Source: Candidatus Caribbeanibacter nitroreducens
Lineage (GTDB): Bacteria; Gemmatimonadota; Gemmatimonadetes; Palauibacterales; Palauibacteraceae
DNA: 64,000 bases
Assembly: GCA_947581645.1 (NCBI GenBank)
Contig: CANPVF010000123.1
Location: 12,838-76,837, forward strand
Direction of reading: 5' to 3'
Shown here: one piece after another, positions 19,014 to 27,490 of the stretch
Layout: every line of letters starts with the position of its first letter
Position numbering within the stretch: position 1 is the stretch's first letter
The notes under the pieces: model-generated
Told to the model about the DNA's origin: nothing
Databases searched by the model: none
What the model saw: only the letters and a program-made list of their open reading frames with translations
Made by a program: the position numbers and the translations under genes

Positions 19014-20160
19014 GAACCGGATCCGTCCGCCCGGCGAGGCGCTCGTCGCGATCGTCCTCGCGGCCCTGGCTCTCGGACCGTCGGGCGCCCTCGCCCAGGA
19101 CACCGTACCGGCGCCGGACACCGTCGCGGCGGGAGCGGGAGATGCCTTCTTCGGCCGCTCCTACGCCGTGCTCGCCTACGACGCGGCCTCCGGACAGCTG
19201 GGCGTGGCCGCCGCGTCGACGGAGTTCTCCGTGGCGTCCGACGGGGTGTACCTGGAGCCCGGGACCGGGGCGGTCTCGATCCAGGGACGGGGGAGCGGCG
19301 CCCCGGGGCGGCGGATCATGTCGGCGCTGCGGTCGGGACGGAATCCGGCCTCGGCCCTGGGGACGGCGTCGGGACAGGGGGCCCCGGTGCAGGCCGCCGC
19401 CCTCACGCCCGCCTGCGATCGCGCCACCTCCCGGGCTCCGGGATCGGAGGACGAAGCGGCGAGCCGCCCGGGGCGCTCCGGGGGCGTCTGCTACGTGGCG
19501 CTGGGCGTCCGGCTCCGGAGCTCCCGGAGCATGGATCGCCTGGTGCGTGCCTTCCGGTCCTCCGCCGGCCCCCTGACGGAGCGGCTCCTGGCCACCCTTT
19601 CCGCCATGGAGGGGGCGGCGCGGAACGTCGGCGGCAGCCGGTCGGCGGTGCTCTGGGTCGCCGCCGACGGGGCCGACGGAGCCGTACTGGGCCGACGCGA
19701 GCTGAGGCTCCAGGTGGACGACCACGAGCGTCCGGCGCTGGCCCTGGAGAAGCGTCTCGAGGTGGGGCGCGCCGAGTGGATGGCCGGCCGCGCGAGTCGG
19801 GCCATCGACCGCAGCGCCTACCGGCGGGCGGCCGCGCTGGCCGACTCCTCGCTGGCCCTGGACGTGTCGGCGCCCATGGCGTGGCTCCAGCGGGGACGTG
19901 CGCTTCTCTACATGGGGCGGGAGGAGGCGGCGGAGACCGCCTTCCAGCGGATGCTGGAGCTGGACCCGTTCCTCCTGCGGCTCCTGGGGGACGCCTCCGG
20001 GACCGAGATCACCGTCCGGGAGAGCGTGATACCGTACTATCCGCGGCTGATCCTGCAGCTCGATCTCTACCGCCGGAAGTACTTCGACGGCCTGGACTTC
20101 GGCCCGGAGCCGGCGCCCTTCGGATCGGGAGCGGCCACGCCGGACACGGCGGGCGGGTAG
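19006..20160 (+). CDS. secreted protein, possibly DUF1028/Ntn-hydrolase-like with C-terminal TPR-like helical repeats
   Basis: ATG at 19006 with a Sec signal peptide ('MSRNRIRPPGEALVAIVLAALALGPSGALAQD'). C-terminal helical TPR-like segment. The N-region's resemblance to DUF1028 is weak and the family call is tentative. Confidence 0.45.
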   Translation: MSRNRIRPPGEALVAIVLAALALGPSGALAQDTVPAPDTVAAGAGDAFFGRSYAVLAYDAASGQLGVAAASTEFSVASDGVYLEPGTGAVSIQGRGSGAPGRRIMSALRSGRNPASALGTASGQGAPVQAAALTPACDRATSRAPGSEDEAASRPGRSGGVCYVALGVRLRSSRSMDRLVRAFRSSAGPLTERLLATLSAMEGAARNVGGSRSAVLWVAADGADGAVLGRRELRLQVDDHERPALALEKRLEVGRAEWMAGRASRAIDRSAYRRAAALADSSLALDVSAPMAWLQRGRALLYMGREEAAETAFQRMLELDPFLLRLLGDASGTEITVRESVIPYYPRLILQLDLYRRKYFDGLDFGPEPAPFGSGAATPDTAGG

Positions 20161-20171
20161 AGACGCCCCCC

Positions 20172-20189
20172 GGCCCGTGCGGACGGGTC
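20172..20189. terminator. hairpin between convergent genes (secreted protein gene on + strand, Cys-peptide 1 on - strand)
   Basis: ggcccgt-gcgg-acgggtc is a stem-loop with one G.U pair, followed by a second short palindrome cgtacc-c-ggtacg in the 52-nt convergent intergenic gap. Confidence 0.3.
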
Positions 20190-20212
20190 GGGGAGCGTAC
20201 CCGGTACGGCGT

Positions 20213-20419
20213 CTACTCCATCTCCACCTCGCAGCCCGCCTTGCACCCCTCCCGCCAGCCGTCGCAGTACTCGTCGTCGATCTTCCCGATGGTCACGTTG
20301 CATCCGGCGCCGATCGTCTCGCAGTAGATCCGGCACAGGCCGGCCTCGGCCCGGGGCACGTCCGGGCCGACGATCGAGAACAGTACCAGGGCCGCCGTGG
20401 CGGCCAGCACGCGTCGCAT
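20213..20419 (-). CDS. small secreted six-cysteine peptide (paralog 1), 68 aa precursor
   Basis: Strong RBS (GGGAGAGGAAC) before ATG at 20419. Sec-type signal peptide 'MRRVLAATAALVLFSIVGPDVPRAEA'. Mature region 'GLCRIYCETIGAGCNVTIGKIDDEYCDGWREGCKAGCEVEME' has Cys spacing C-x3-C-x6-C-x11-C-x6-C-x3-C. Paralog of the adjacent peptide gene. Confidence 0.55.
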   Translation of the reverse strand: MRRVLAATAALVLFSIVGPDVPRAEAGLCRIYCETIGAGCNVTIGKIDDEYCDGWREGCKAGCEVEME

Positions 20420-20457
20420 GGTTCCTCTCCCGTGGTGTGGGTCCAGGTGGGGGCGGC

Positions 20458-20655
20458 TCAGAGCCGGGCGATGTTGCAGCCGGCCAGGCAGCCCATGATG
20501 TAGAAGCCGCATCGGAACGACTCGAGGTCGTCGCAGTCCGCGGCCGCCCGCTCTCCGCAGTACTCGGTGCAGGGCTGCGCCCACAGGGGCTCGGGACGTG
20601 GTCCCGTGGCCGAGAGCAGCGACAGGGCGGCGAAGGCGACGAGGAAGCGTCTCAT
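20458..20655 (-). CDS. small secreted six-cysteine peptide (paralog 2), 65 aa precursor
   Basis: ATG at 20655 overlaps the TGA of the upstream TlpA-like gene (ATGA), with a GGGAGA RBS. Signal peptide '[27 protein letters not shown]'. Mature 'PCTEYCGERAAADCDDLESFRCGFYIMGCLAGCNIARL' has Cys spacing C-x3-C-x7-C-x7-C-x6-C-x3-C and shares a 'C.AGC' end with paralog 1. Confidence 0.55.
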   Translation of the reverse strand: MRRFLVAFAALSLLSATGPRPEPLWAQPCTEYCGERAAADCDDLESFRCGFYIMGCLAGCNIARL

Positions 20656-21257
20656 GGTGTTCTCCCGCTGGGGGATGAGATCGGGGCGAATCCCGCCGGG
20701 ACGGTCCCGGCGGGCGACACCCGGCGAAGGCGATCGAGAACCCGGTCCACGTCGGCGGCGGTGAGGACGCCGGCCCTGCTCCACACGAGCCGGCCGCTGC
20801 CGTCCACCAGCTGCGTGGTGGGAACGGCCCGGACGCCCATCAGGTGCGTCGTCCTGTTCCTGTCGGCGGGACCGGCGGCCAGGGCACCGGGAAGCTGCTC
20901 CCGCGCGTAACCGAGGGCGGGGAGCCGCTCCTCCAGCCCCACGGCCACGGCCGGAACGCCCGGAGGGCGCTCCTCCAGCAGCCGGCGCCATGCCGGCAGG
21001 TTCCTGGTGCAGGCCGGACAGGTGGACTGGAAGTAGAGGAGCAGGGCGGGCCGGAAGCGGTCCAGCGCCGCCGTGTCGCCCGTGGCGAGCGAGACCAGGC
21101 CCAGGTCGCCCGGCACGGCCTCGCCGACCTCCACCACCCGGTGCGTCCGCCAGGCCGGCAGGAGGCGGTCGCGGACGAGGAGGGCGGCAGCCGCCGTCAG
21201 CAGGACCGCCGTGGCCGCGTTGAGCCATCGCTCGAATCCGATCCTCGTTCGTCCCAT
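20652..21257 (-). CDS. TlpA/ResA/DsbE-family membrane-anchored thiol:disulfide oxidoreductase (thioredoxin fold, CPAC active site)
   Basis: N-terminal TM anchor '[18 protein letters not shown]', thioredoxin '[15 protein letters not shown]' CxxC motif, cis-Pro region '[18 protein letters not shown]' as in TlpA/ResA. Stop overlaps the start of the first Cys-rich peptide gene. Confidence 0.75.
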   Translation of the reverse strand: MGRTRIGFERWLNAATAVLLTAAAALLVRDRLLPAWRTHRVVEVGEAVPGDLGLVSLATGDTAALDRFRPALLLYFQSTCPACTRNLPAWRRLLEERPPGVPAVAVGLEERLPALGYAREQLPGALAAGPADRNRTTHLMGVRAVPTTQLVDGSGRLVWSRAGVLTAADVDRVLDRLRRVSPAGTVPAGFAPISSPSGRTP

Positions 21258-21455
21258 CTCCGCCCCCGTTCCGGCGTGCCGCTCGTGGTGGGTTCTGTTC
21301 GCGACTCACCGTGCCGGCCGCCCTCAACGCCCCTTCAATCGGACCGTCGCCGGCTGCCGCGCCTCCCGGGAGGATTGAGGGCGTCGTGACGCGGACGGCC
21401 CCCGTGCGTTCCGGGAAGGGACCCGGTCCGGGTCGCGAGCAGGGAAGGGAGAGAC

Positions 21456-22967
21456 GTGGAGGCGGCGGGACGGAGGCCGGAGTCGGGGAGGACGGCGGCG
21501 GGGGAGCGGTGGCTCCGAGACGAGCTCGGTCGGGCCCGCCGGGTGCTCCGCCGCGTGTACGGCCACGCCGACTTCCGCCCCGAGCAGCGTCCCGTGGTGG
21601 CGGCCATGATCGAGGGCCGCGACCTGCTCGCCGTGCTTCCCACCGGAGCGGGGAAGTCCGTCTGCTTCCAGGTTCCCGCCCTGCTGGATCGACGGCTCAC
21701 CGTGGTCGTCTCGCCGCTGGTGGCGCTGATGGACGACCAGGCCACCGGTCTCCGGCAGCGGGGTGTCCACGCCGTGGCCGCGGTTCACGGCGGGCTGTCG
21801 GGCCGGCACCGAAGCGAGGCCCTCGACGAGGCCGCGGAGGGGAAGATCAGGCTGCTCTACGTGGCGCCGGAGCGCCTGGGCTCCCGGCGACTGGAGGCCG
21901 CCCTGGGACGCCGGGAGCTGGGGCCGATCGTGGTGGACGAGGCCCACTGCATCAGCCAGTGGGGGCACGACTTCCGGCCGGCCTACCGCCGGATCGGCGA
22001 GTTCGCAGCGTCGGTGGGTGCGCCGGGACTCGCCGCGTTCACCGCCACGGCGACGCCGGCGGTCGAGCGCGACGTGGTCGAGTCGCTGGGGCTGCAAAGC
22101 CCGGCGCGGATCCGGTACCCCGTGGACCGCCCGAACCTGCTCTGGTCGGCCGGGCGCGCCGCCTCCCGGCGGGCGGGGATCGGGCGGCTCGCCCGGCTGG
22201 CCCGCCGATGCCCCGGGGCGGCGGTCCTCTACGTCGGCACCCGGCGCCGGTGCGTGCGGACGGCCGCGGCCCTCCGCCGCCTGGGCGTGGCCGCGGCCCC
22301 GTATCACGCGGGCCTCCCGGACCGGGACCGGCGGACGGTCCAGCGTGCCTTCCTCGCCGGACGGGTGCGGGCGGTGTGTGCCACCTCCGCCTTCGGCATG
22401 GGCATCGACCACGATTCGGTGCGGCTGGTGGCCCACCTGGGGATCCCCGGGTCGCTGGAGGCCTACGTGCAGGAGGCGGGACGCGCGGGGAGGGACGGGC
22501 GCCCGGCACGCTGTCACCTGGTCTCGGTGCCCGGCGAGGTCGAGCTGCAGGAGCGGCTGGCCTCCCGCCACTGGCCGTCCCCGGAAGCGGTGCGGACGGT
22601 GTGGCGGGCGATGCAGCCCGGGCGGCCCCTCCGTCCCCGGGAGGTGGCCCGCCGGTGCCGGACGGTGGGGCCCGGGGAGCGGGCGGGGGCGCTCCGCGTG
22701 CTGCGGCGGGCCGGCCTCCTGCGCCGGACCGGCGAAGGGCAGGAGAAGCGGCTCCTCCGGGCGCCGGATTGCCTGTGGCGCAGGGTGGACCTGGACGAGC
22801 TACGGCGCGGTCGGGAGCGCGCCCTGGGACGGATCGCTCGCGTGGCGGAGTACGCCGCCGCGTCGGGCTGTCGCCGCGCCGCCATCGCGCGCCACTTCGG
22901 GGATCCGGTCCCGCGGTCCTGCCGGCGGTGCGACGGATGCGCTCCGGCGGCGGGGGTGAGTTTCTGA
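21456..22967 (+). CDS. recQ: RecQ-family ATP-dependent DNA helicase
   Basis: Helicase motifs I 'PTGAGKS', II '[19 protein letters not shown]', and the later helicase/RecQ-C region. GTG start with AGGGAAGGGAGAG RBS. Divergent from the TlpA operon. Confidence 0.85.
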   Translation: MEAAGRRPESGRTAAGERWLRDELGRARRVLRRVYGHADFRPEQRPVVAAMIEGRDLLAVLPTGAGKSVCFQVPALLDRRLTVVVSPLVALMDDQATGLRQRGVHAVAAVHGGLSGRHRSEALDEAAEGKIRLLYVAPERLGSRRLEAALGRRELGPIVVDEAHCISQWGHDFRPAYRRIGEFAASVGAPGLAAFTATATPAVERDVVESLGLQSPARIRYPVDRPNLLWSAGRAASRRAGIGRLARLARRCPGAAVLYVGTRRRCVRTAAALRRLGVAAAPYHAGLPDRDRRTVQRAFLAGRVRAVCATSAFGMGIDHDSVRLVAHLGIPGSLEAYVQEAGRAGRDGRPARCHLVSVPGEVELQERLASRHWPSPEAVRTVWRAMQPGRPLRPREVARRCRTVGPGERAGALRVLRRAGLLRRTGEGQEKRLLRAPDCLWRRVDLDELRRGRERALGRIARVAEYAAASGCRRAAIARHFGDPVPRSCRRCDGCAPAAGVSF

Positions 22968-23041
22968 GAGGCCGCGAGGTCCGTAAGATGACGCCCGGCC
23001 GTCCGGCCGATCCGCCGATCACCAACCAGGAACGCGGGACG

Positions 23042-24268
23042 ATGATAGACACCGACCTGAGCATGTATCTCGAGGACCACCACCGCATGATGCGGGACAT
23101 GGTCCGGGACTTCGCCGAGAGCGAGATCGCCCCGGTGGCCTCCGAGCACGACGAGAAGGAGGCCTTCCCCTGGGAGAACGCCGCCGCCATGGCCGAGCTG
23201 GGTCTGTTCGGCATCCCGATTCCCGAGGAGTACGGGGGGTCGGGCATGGACCTGCTGGCCGCCGTGGTCGCCGTGGAGGAGCTGGCCCGGGTGGACGCGA
23301 GCCACTCCATCACCGTGGGAGCCCACCTGTCGCTGGCCTGTGAGCCGATCCTCCGCTGGGGGACCGAAGAGCAGAAGGAGAGGTATCTCCAGCCCCTGGC
23401 CAGCGGTCAGGCCCTGGGCGGATTCGGCCTCACCGAGCCCGACGCCGGGTCGGACGCCGGAGGCACGAAGACGAAGGCGGAGAGGACCGACGACGGCTAT
23501 CGGCTGAACGGACAGAAGACCTTCATCACCCACGGCGGCGTCGGGGAAGTCTTCATCGTCGCCGCCCGCACCTCCCCCGGCGACAGCTCGGAGGGGATCT
23601 CCGCCTTCCTCCTGAACAAGGAGACGTGCGAGCCGGAGCGCGCCCGGGAGCTCGGCTTCGGACACGCCGGGAGCCTCGAGCCCATGGAGGGCTTCACCTC
23701 CGGCGACAAGCTGGAGAAGCTGGGCTGGAACGCCTCGGACACCCGCGAGCTGATCCTCCAGGACGTCGAGGTGCCGGCGGACAACCTCCTGGGGGAGGAG
23801 GACCGCGGCTTCCGGATCTTCCTGGACACCCTGGACGGCGGCCGGATCGGCATGGCCGCCCACGCCCTGGGGATCGCGCAGGGGGCGTTCGAGAAGGCGG
23901 CCCGCTACACGGACGAGCGGGAGCAGTTCGACCAGAGGATCAACGACTTCCAGGGCGTCCAGTTCATGCTGTCGGAGATGGCGACGAAGATCCACGCCGC
24001 GCGTCTGATGACGTACCACGCGGCGCGGCTGCGGATGGAGGGCGAGGAGCACAAGAAGGAGGCCTCCATGGCCAAGCTCCACGCCTCGGAGACGGCGATG
24101 GACGTCACGACCCGCGCCGTCCAGCTCCACGGCGGATACGGCTACACCCGCGAGTACGACGTGGAGCGGATGATGCGCGATGCGAAGATCACGGAGATCG
24201 GAGAGGGAACGAGCGAGATCCAGAAGATCGTCATCGCCCGGGAGCTCCTGAACGAGCTCCGGGGGTAG
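23042..24268 (+). CDS. acyl-CoA dehydrogenase
   Basis: ACAD family throughout ('[15 protein letters not shown]', '[11 protein letters not shown]', C-terminal '[32 protein letters not shown]'). ATG at 23042 gives a typical ACAD N-terminus '[14 protein letters not shown]'; an ATG at 22988 is an alternative. The 985-aa track ORF's upstream extension is spurious. Confidence 0.85.
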   Translation: MIDTDLSMYLEDHHRMMRDMVRDFAESEIAPVASEHDEKEAFPWENAAAMAELGLFGIPIPEEYGGSGMDLLAAVVAVEELARVDASHSITVGAHLSLACEPILRWGTEEQKERYLQPLASGQALGGFGLTEPDAGSDAGGTKTKAERTDDGYRLNGQKTFITHGGVGEVFIVAARTSPGDSSEGISAFLLNKETCEPERARELGFGHAGSLEPMEGFTSGDKLEKLGWNASDTRELILQDVEVPADNLLGEEDRGFRIFLDTLDGGRIGMAAHALGIAQGAFEKAARYTDEREQFDQRINDFQGVQFMLSEMATKIHAARLMTYHAARLRMEGEEHKKEASMAKLHASETAMDVTTRAVQLHGGYGYTREYDVERMMRDAKITEIGEGTSEIQKIVIARELLNELRG

Positions 24269-24469
24269 GGGCCGCGACGGTGCCCCTGCGGCGGAGACGG
24301 GTCCGCGGCGCCCGCGTCGGCGACGCGTCACGGCCCCGGCCGCCCCGATCGCTGGACGTTCGTCTCGCTCGTACCCGCCGGGCCGCGTGAGCGGCGCGGA
24401 CGCGAGACACTCAGCCTCAAACAGCTCCCGCTGTCCGGCCGGTGGCCGGGCGGTGGGCCGGACGCGAGC

Positions 24470-25966
24470 ATGAACCGAAAAATCCTGATCAACGCCGTGG
24501 GCCACGAGACCCGCGTGGCCATCCTCGAGGACGGCCAGCTCGTCGAGCTCATGTACGAGCGGCCCGAGACCCGCCGCATGGTGGGCGACATCTATCTGGG
24601 CCGGGTGGAGGCGGTGCTGCCGGGCATCCAGGCCGCCTTCGTGGACATCGGCACCGAGAAGGCCGGGTTCCTCCACGCCTCCGACATCGCCGAGCCCGAC
24701 CGGGACGACGACTCCGGCGGCTACACGCCGATCCAGGACCTGGTGGAGCAGGGCGACGAGATCCTGGTGCAGATCACCAAGGAGCCCATCGGCACGAAGG
24801 GGCCCCGGGTCACCAACGAGGTGAGCATCCCCGGCCGCTTCCTGGTGTGGATGCCCTACGGGGACCGGGTCGGGGTGAGCCGGAAGATCGACGACGAGGG
24901 CGAGCGCGACCGGCTCCGCGACATGGCCCGCGAGCTCCTGGACGACGGTCCGGGGGGCGTGATCGTCCGGACGGTGGGCGAGGAGCTCACCCGCGAGACC
25001 TTCGAGCAGGAGCTCCGGACCCTCCAGGGCACCTGGGAGAAGATCCAGGAGCGGGCCGAGGGGATGAGCGCCCCGTCGATGGTCTACGAGGAGGCCAAGC
25101 TCATCTCCGGGATCATCCGGGACGTGTTCAGCGAGCAGGTGGACCTGCTGACGGTGGACTCCCCGGAGCTGGCCCACGAGATCAAGTCCTACCTGGGCCA
25201 GGTGAACCCGGACCTCGTGAACCGGGTGCAGGTCTACCGCAAGGACGTACCGATCTTCGACGACTACGGCATCGAGGAGGAGATCCGGGGCGCCTTCCGG
25301 CGGAAGGTGGGGCTGGCCTCCGGGGGCCACATCATCATCGAGTCCACCGAGGCCCTCGTCGCGGTGGACGTGAACACCGGCCGCTACACCGGCAAGAAGG
25401 ATCCCGAGGAGACGATCCTCCGGACGAACCTGGACGCCGCCAAGGAGATCTCGCGCCAGCTCCGTCTCCGCGACATCGGTGGAATCATCGTCTGTGATTT
25501 CATCGACATGGAGAAGGAGGAGTACCGGGACCGGGTCCAGAACGAGATGAAGACCTGGCTGGGTCGGGACCGGGCGCGCACCAAGGTGTTCGGGATCTCC
25601 GAGCTGGGGCTCCTGGAGATGAGCCGGCAGCGGGTGCGGCCGAACCTCTACCAGGCCATGACCGAGCGCTGCCCCTCCTGCGAGGGCACGGGGCGCGTCC
25701 TGGCGCCGGAGACCCTGGTCCGGCGCATCGAGCGGGCGGTCCGGCGCGCGGCGTCGAAGGGCGAGGACCGCAAGCTCACGATCCGCGTCCATCCCGAGGT
25801 GGCCCTGTATCTGCTGGAGGACGAGCGGGGCTTCCTGGGCCGGATGAAGGAGGAGGCGGGCATCCAGCTGGACGTCCGGGACGATCCGCTCATGCCCATG
25901 GGGGAGTACCGTCTCCTGGCGGCCCCCTCCGACCAGGACGTGACCAGCCGCTACGCCGTGGCGTGA
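24470..25966 (+). CDS. rng: ribonuclease G / RNase E-family endoribonuclease
   Basis: S1 domain N-terminus ('GDIYLGRVEAVLPGIQAAFVDIG'), DNase I-like region ('ALVAVDVNTGRYTGKKD'), and Zn-link 'CPSCEGTGRV'. At 498 aa it matches RNase G size. Confidence 0.85.
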   Translation: MNRKILINAVGHETRVAILEDGQLVELMYERPETRRMVGDIYLGRVEAVLPGIQAAFVDIGTEKAGFLHASDIAEPDRDDDSGGYTPIQDLVEQGDEILVQITKEPIGTKGPRVTNEVSIPGRFLVWMPYGDRVGVSRKIDDEGERDRLRDMARELLDDGPGGVIVRTVGEELTRETFEQELRTLQGTWEKIQERAEGMSAPSMVYEEAKLISGIIRDVFSEQVDLLTVDSPELAHEIKSYLGQVNPDLVNRVQVYRKDVPIFDDYGIEEEIRGAFRRKVGLASGGHIIIESTEALVAVDVNTGRYTGKKDPEETILRTNLDAAKEISRQLRLRDIGGIIVCDFIDMEKEEYRDRVQNEMKTWLGRDRARTKVFGISELGLLEMSRQRVRPNLYQAMTERCPSCEGTGRVLAPETLVRRIERAVRRAASKGEDRKLTIRVHPEVALYLLEDERGFLGRMKEEAGIQLDVRDDPLMPMGEYRLLAAPSDQDVTSRYAVA

Positions 25967-26002
25967 TCCCGGCCGCCCGGAGCCCGTGGCCCGACTCCTG
26001 CA

Positions 26003-26031
26003 TTGACAGGGGGCGCCGGCGAGCGTAAGGT
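26003..26031 (+). promoter_or_regulatory. sigma70-like promoter candidate upstream of rplU-rpmA
   Basis: TTGACA (26003-26008), a 17-nt spacer, then TAAGGT (26026-26031). It lies about 140 nt upstream of the rplU ATG in the rng-rplU intergenic region. Confidence 0.4.
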
Positions 26032-26170
26032 AGCGGGCCGCTGACGCCCCGGGCTCCCGTCCCGGACGCGGCGCCCCAGCGATCGCCACAGCCGGGCTCT
26101 CCGGCGGCACGACGAGGTACCGAGCGACCGTTCGACGACCACCGAGATTCCCCAGACGGCCGAACAAGTC

Positions 26171-26950
26171 ATGTACGCGATCTTCCGCGCGAAAGGAAAG
26201 CAGTTCCGGGCCGAGCCGGACAAGACGATCCGGATCCCGAGCCTGGACGCCGAGCCCGGCGACACCGTGACCTTCGACGAGATCCTCCTCGCCGAGGAGA
26301 ACGGCGACGTCCACGTGGGCCGCCCCACCCTGCACGGAGGAGCCGTGTCGGCGGAGGTGGTGGAGCACGGCAAGGGCGACAAGATCATCGTCTTCAAGCG
26401 GAAGAAGCGGAAGAACTACCGCCGCAAGTACGGCCACCGCCAGCCGTACACGGAGATCCGGGTCGTGGACATCGACCTGGGCGAGCCGGGCGAGGCCGGC
26501 CCCGCGCCGGAGACCGCCGAGGAGGTGGCGCCGGAAGAGGCGCCGGAGCCGACCGCCGCCGAGGAGGCCGGGGAAGAGGCGGAGGAGGCCGCGGCCGACG
26601 AGGTGGACATCACCGACGCCGCCGAGGAGCTGGCCGACGAGCACGGCATCGACGTCGCGACCATCGACGGCACCGGCAAGGGCGGGCGAGTGCTCAAGTC
26701 CGACGTGCAGGACGCCGTCGACGCGCAGGAAGCCGACGAGGCGGAAGAGGAGGACGAGGCGGAGCCGGTCCGGGCCGAGGAGGAGCAGGGGCTCGCGGCC
26801 GAGGACGTGGACATCACCGACGCCGCCCGGGAGCTGGCCGACGAGCACGGCATCGACATCACGACCATCGACGGCACCGGCAAGGACGGGCGGGTTCTCA
26901 AGTCCGACGTGCAGGACGCCGTCGACGCCCAGGCGGGGAGCGAGGAGTAG
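26171..26950 (+). CDS. rplU: 50S ribosomal protein L21 with long C-terminal extension containing two E3-binding-domain-like repeats
   Basis: N-terminal about 105 aa is canonical L21 ('[40 protein letters not shown]...[31 protein letters not shown]'). It is followed by an Ala/Pro/Glu-rich linker and two 42-aa repeats '[42 protein letters not shown]'. rpmA is directly downstream. Confidence 0.8.
   Translation: MYAIFRAKGKQFRAEPDKTIRIPSLDAEPGDTVTFDEILLAEENGDVHVGRPTLHGGAVSAEVVEHGKGDKIIVFKRKKRKNYRRKYGHRQPYTEIRVVDIDLGEPGEAGPAPETAEEVAPEEAPEPTAAEEAGEEAEEAAADEVDITDAAEELADEHGIDVATIDGTGKGGRVLKSDVQDAVDAQEADEAEEEDEAEPVRAEEEQGLAAEDVDITDAARELADEHGIDITTIDGTGKDGRVLKSDVQDAVDAQAGSEE
26597..26937 (+). repeat. 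in-frame tandem direct repeat inside rplU (two about 126-nt units, period 204 nt, about 90% aa identity)
   Basis: Units at 26603-26728 and 26807-26932 are near-identical at the nucleotide level and encode peripheral-subunit-binding-domain-like modules. Confidence 0.8.
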
Positions 26951-27104
26951 AGGGACGACCGGCGCCTCCCGGGGGAGCTCCCGGGAACAGCGACGGGGCT
27001 CGCCGGTACCGCCAACCGGCGAGTCGGCCGGACCACGGGAGGTGCGAGCACTCCCGACGCCGGCGACGCGAGCGAAGAGACGCATCACCGACCGCGAGGA
27101 CACG

Positions 27105-27365
27105 ATGGCTCACAAGAAGGGCGCAGGCTCCACTCAGAACGTCCACGACAGCAATCCCCAGTACCGGGGCATCAAGATGTACGGGGGCGAGCGGGCCCGG
27201 CCGGGCAACATCATCGTCCGCCAGTGCGGGACGAAGATCCACCCCGGCATCAACGTGGACCGCGGCAAGGACGACACCCTGTTCGCCACCGAGAATGGCG
27301 TCGTGACGTTCACGAGGCGCGGCGGCGGGCGGAAGTTCGTCAGCGTGGTGCCGGACGAGGCCTGA
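27105..27365 (+). CDS. rpmA: 50S ribosomal protein L27
   Basis: '[29 protein letters not shown]' is the highly conserved L27 N-terminus; 86 aa. Confidence 0.9.
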   Translation: MAHKKGAGSTQNVHDSNPQYRGIKMYGGERARPGNIIVRQCGTKIHPGINVDRGKDDTLFATENGVVTFTRRGGGRKFVSVVPDEA

Positions 27366-27490
27366 GCGACCCGGCCGGCCGCCGGCGTCGTCGGCAGCCG
27401 GCAGGACAGAGCACCGAGCGAGTGGACGAGCCCCGGCCCCAGCGGCCGGGGCTTTCGTCGTCGAAGGTTCAACGTCGGAGAGGAACGTCG

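Noticed and set aside
19006-20160. Confident DUF1028/Ntn-hydrolase assignment for the secreted protein
   Set aside because: The N-terminal resemblance is weak and lacks the expected Thr nucleophile right after a processing site. It is kept only as a tentative annotation.
21311-23041. Upstream 577 codons of the 985-aa plus-strand ORF that ends as acyl-CoA dehydrogenase
   Set aside because: It is Arg/Gly/Pro-rich and overlaps recQ in another frame. The ACAD domain begins at the internal ATG (23042), which has a typical N-terminus and an RBS.
22514-27103. 1529-aa minus-strand ORF, the longest in the track
   Set aside because: It is antisense to recQ, acyl-CoA dehydrogenase, rng and rplU, has no recognisable domain, and is low-complexity Arg/Gly/Pro-rich. 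It is a spurious open frame.
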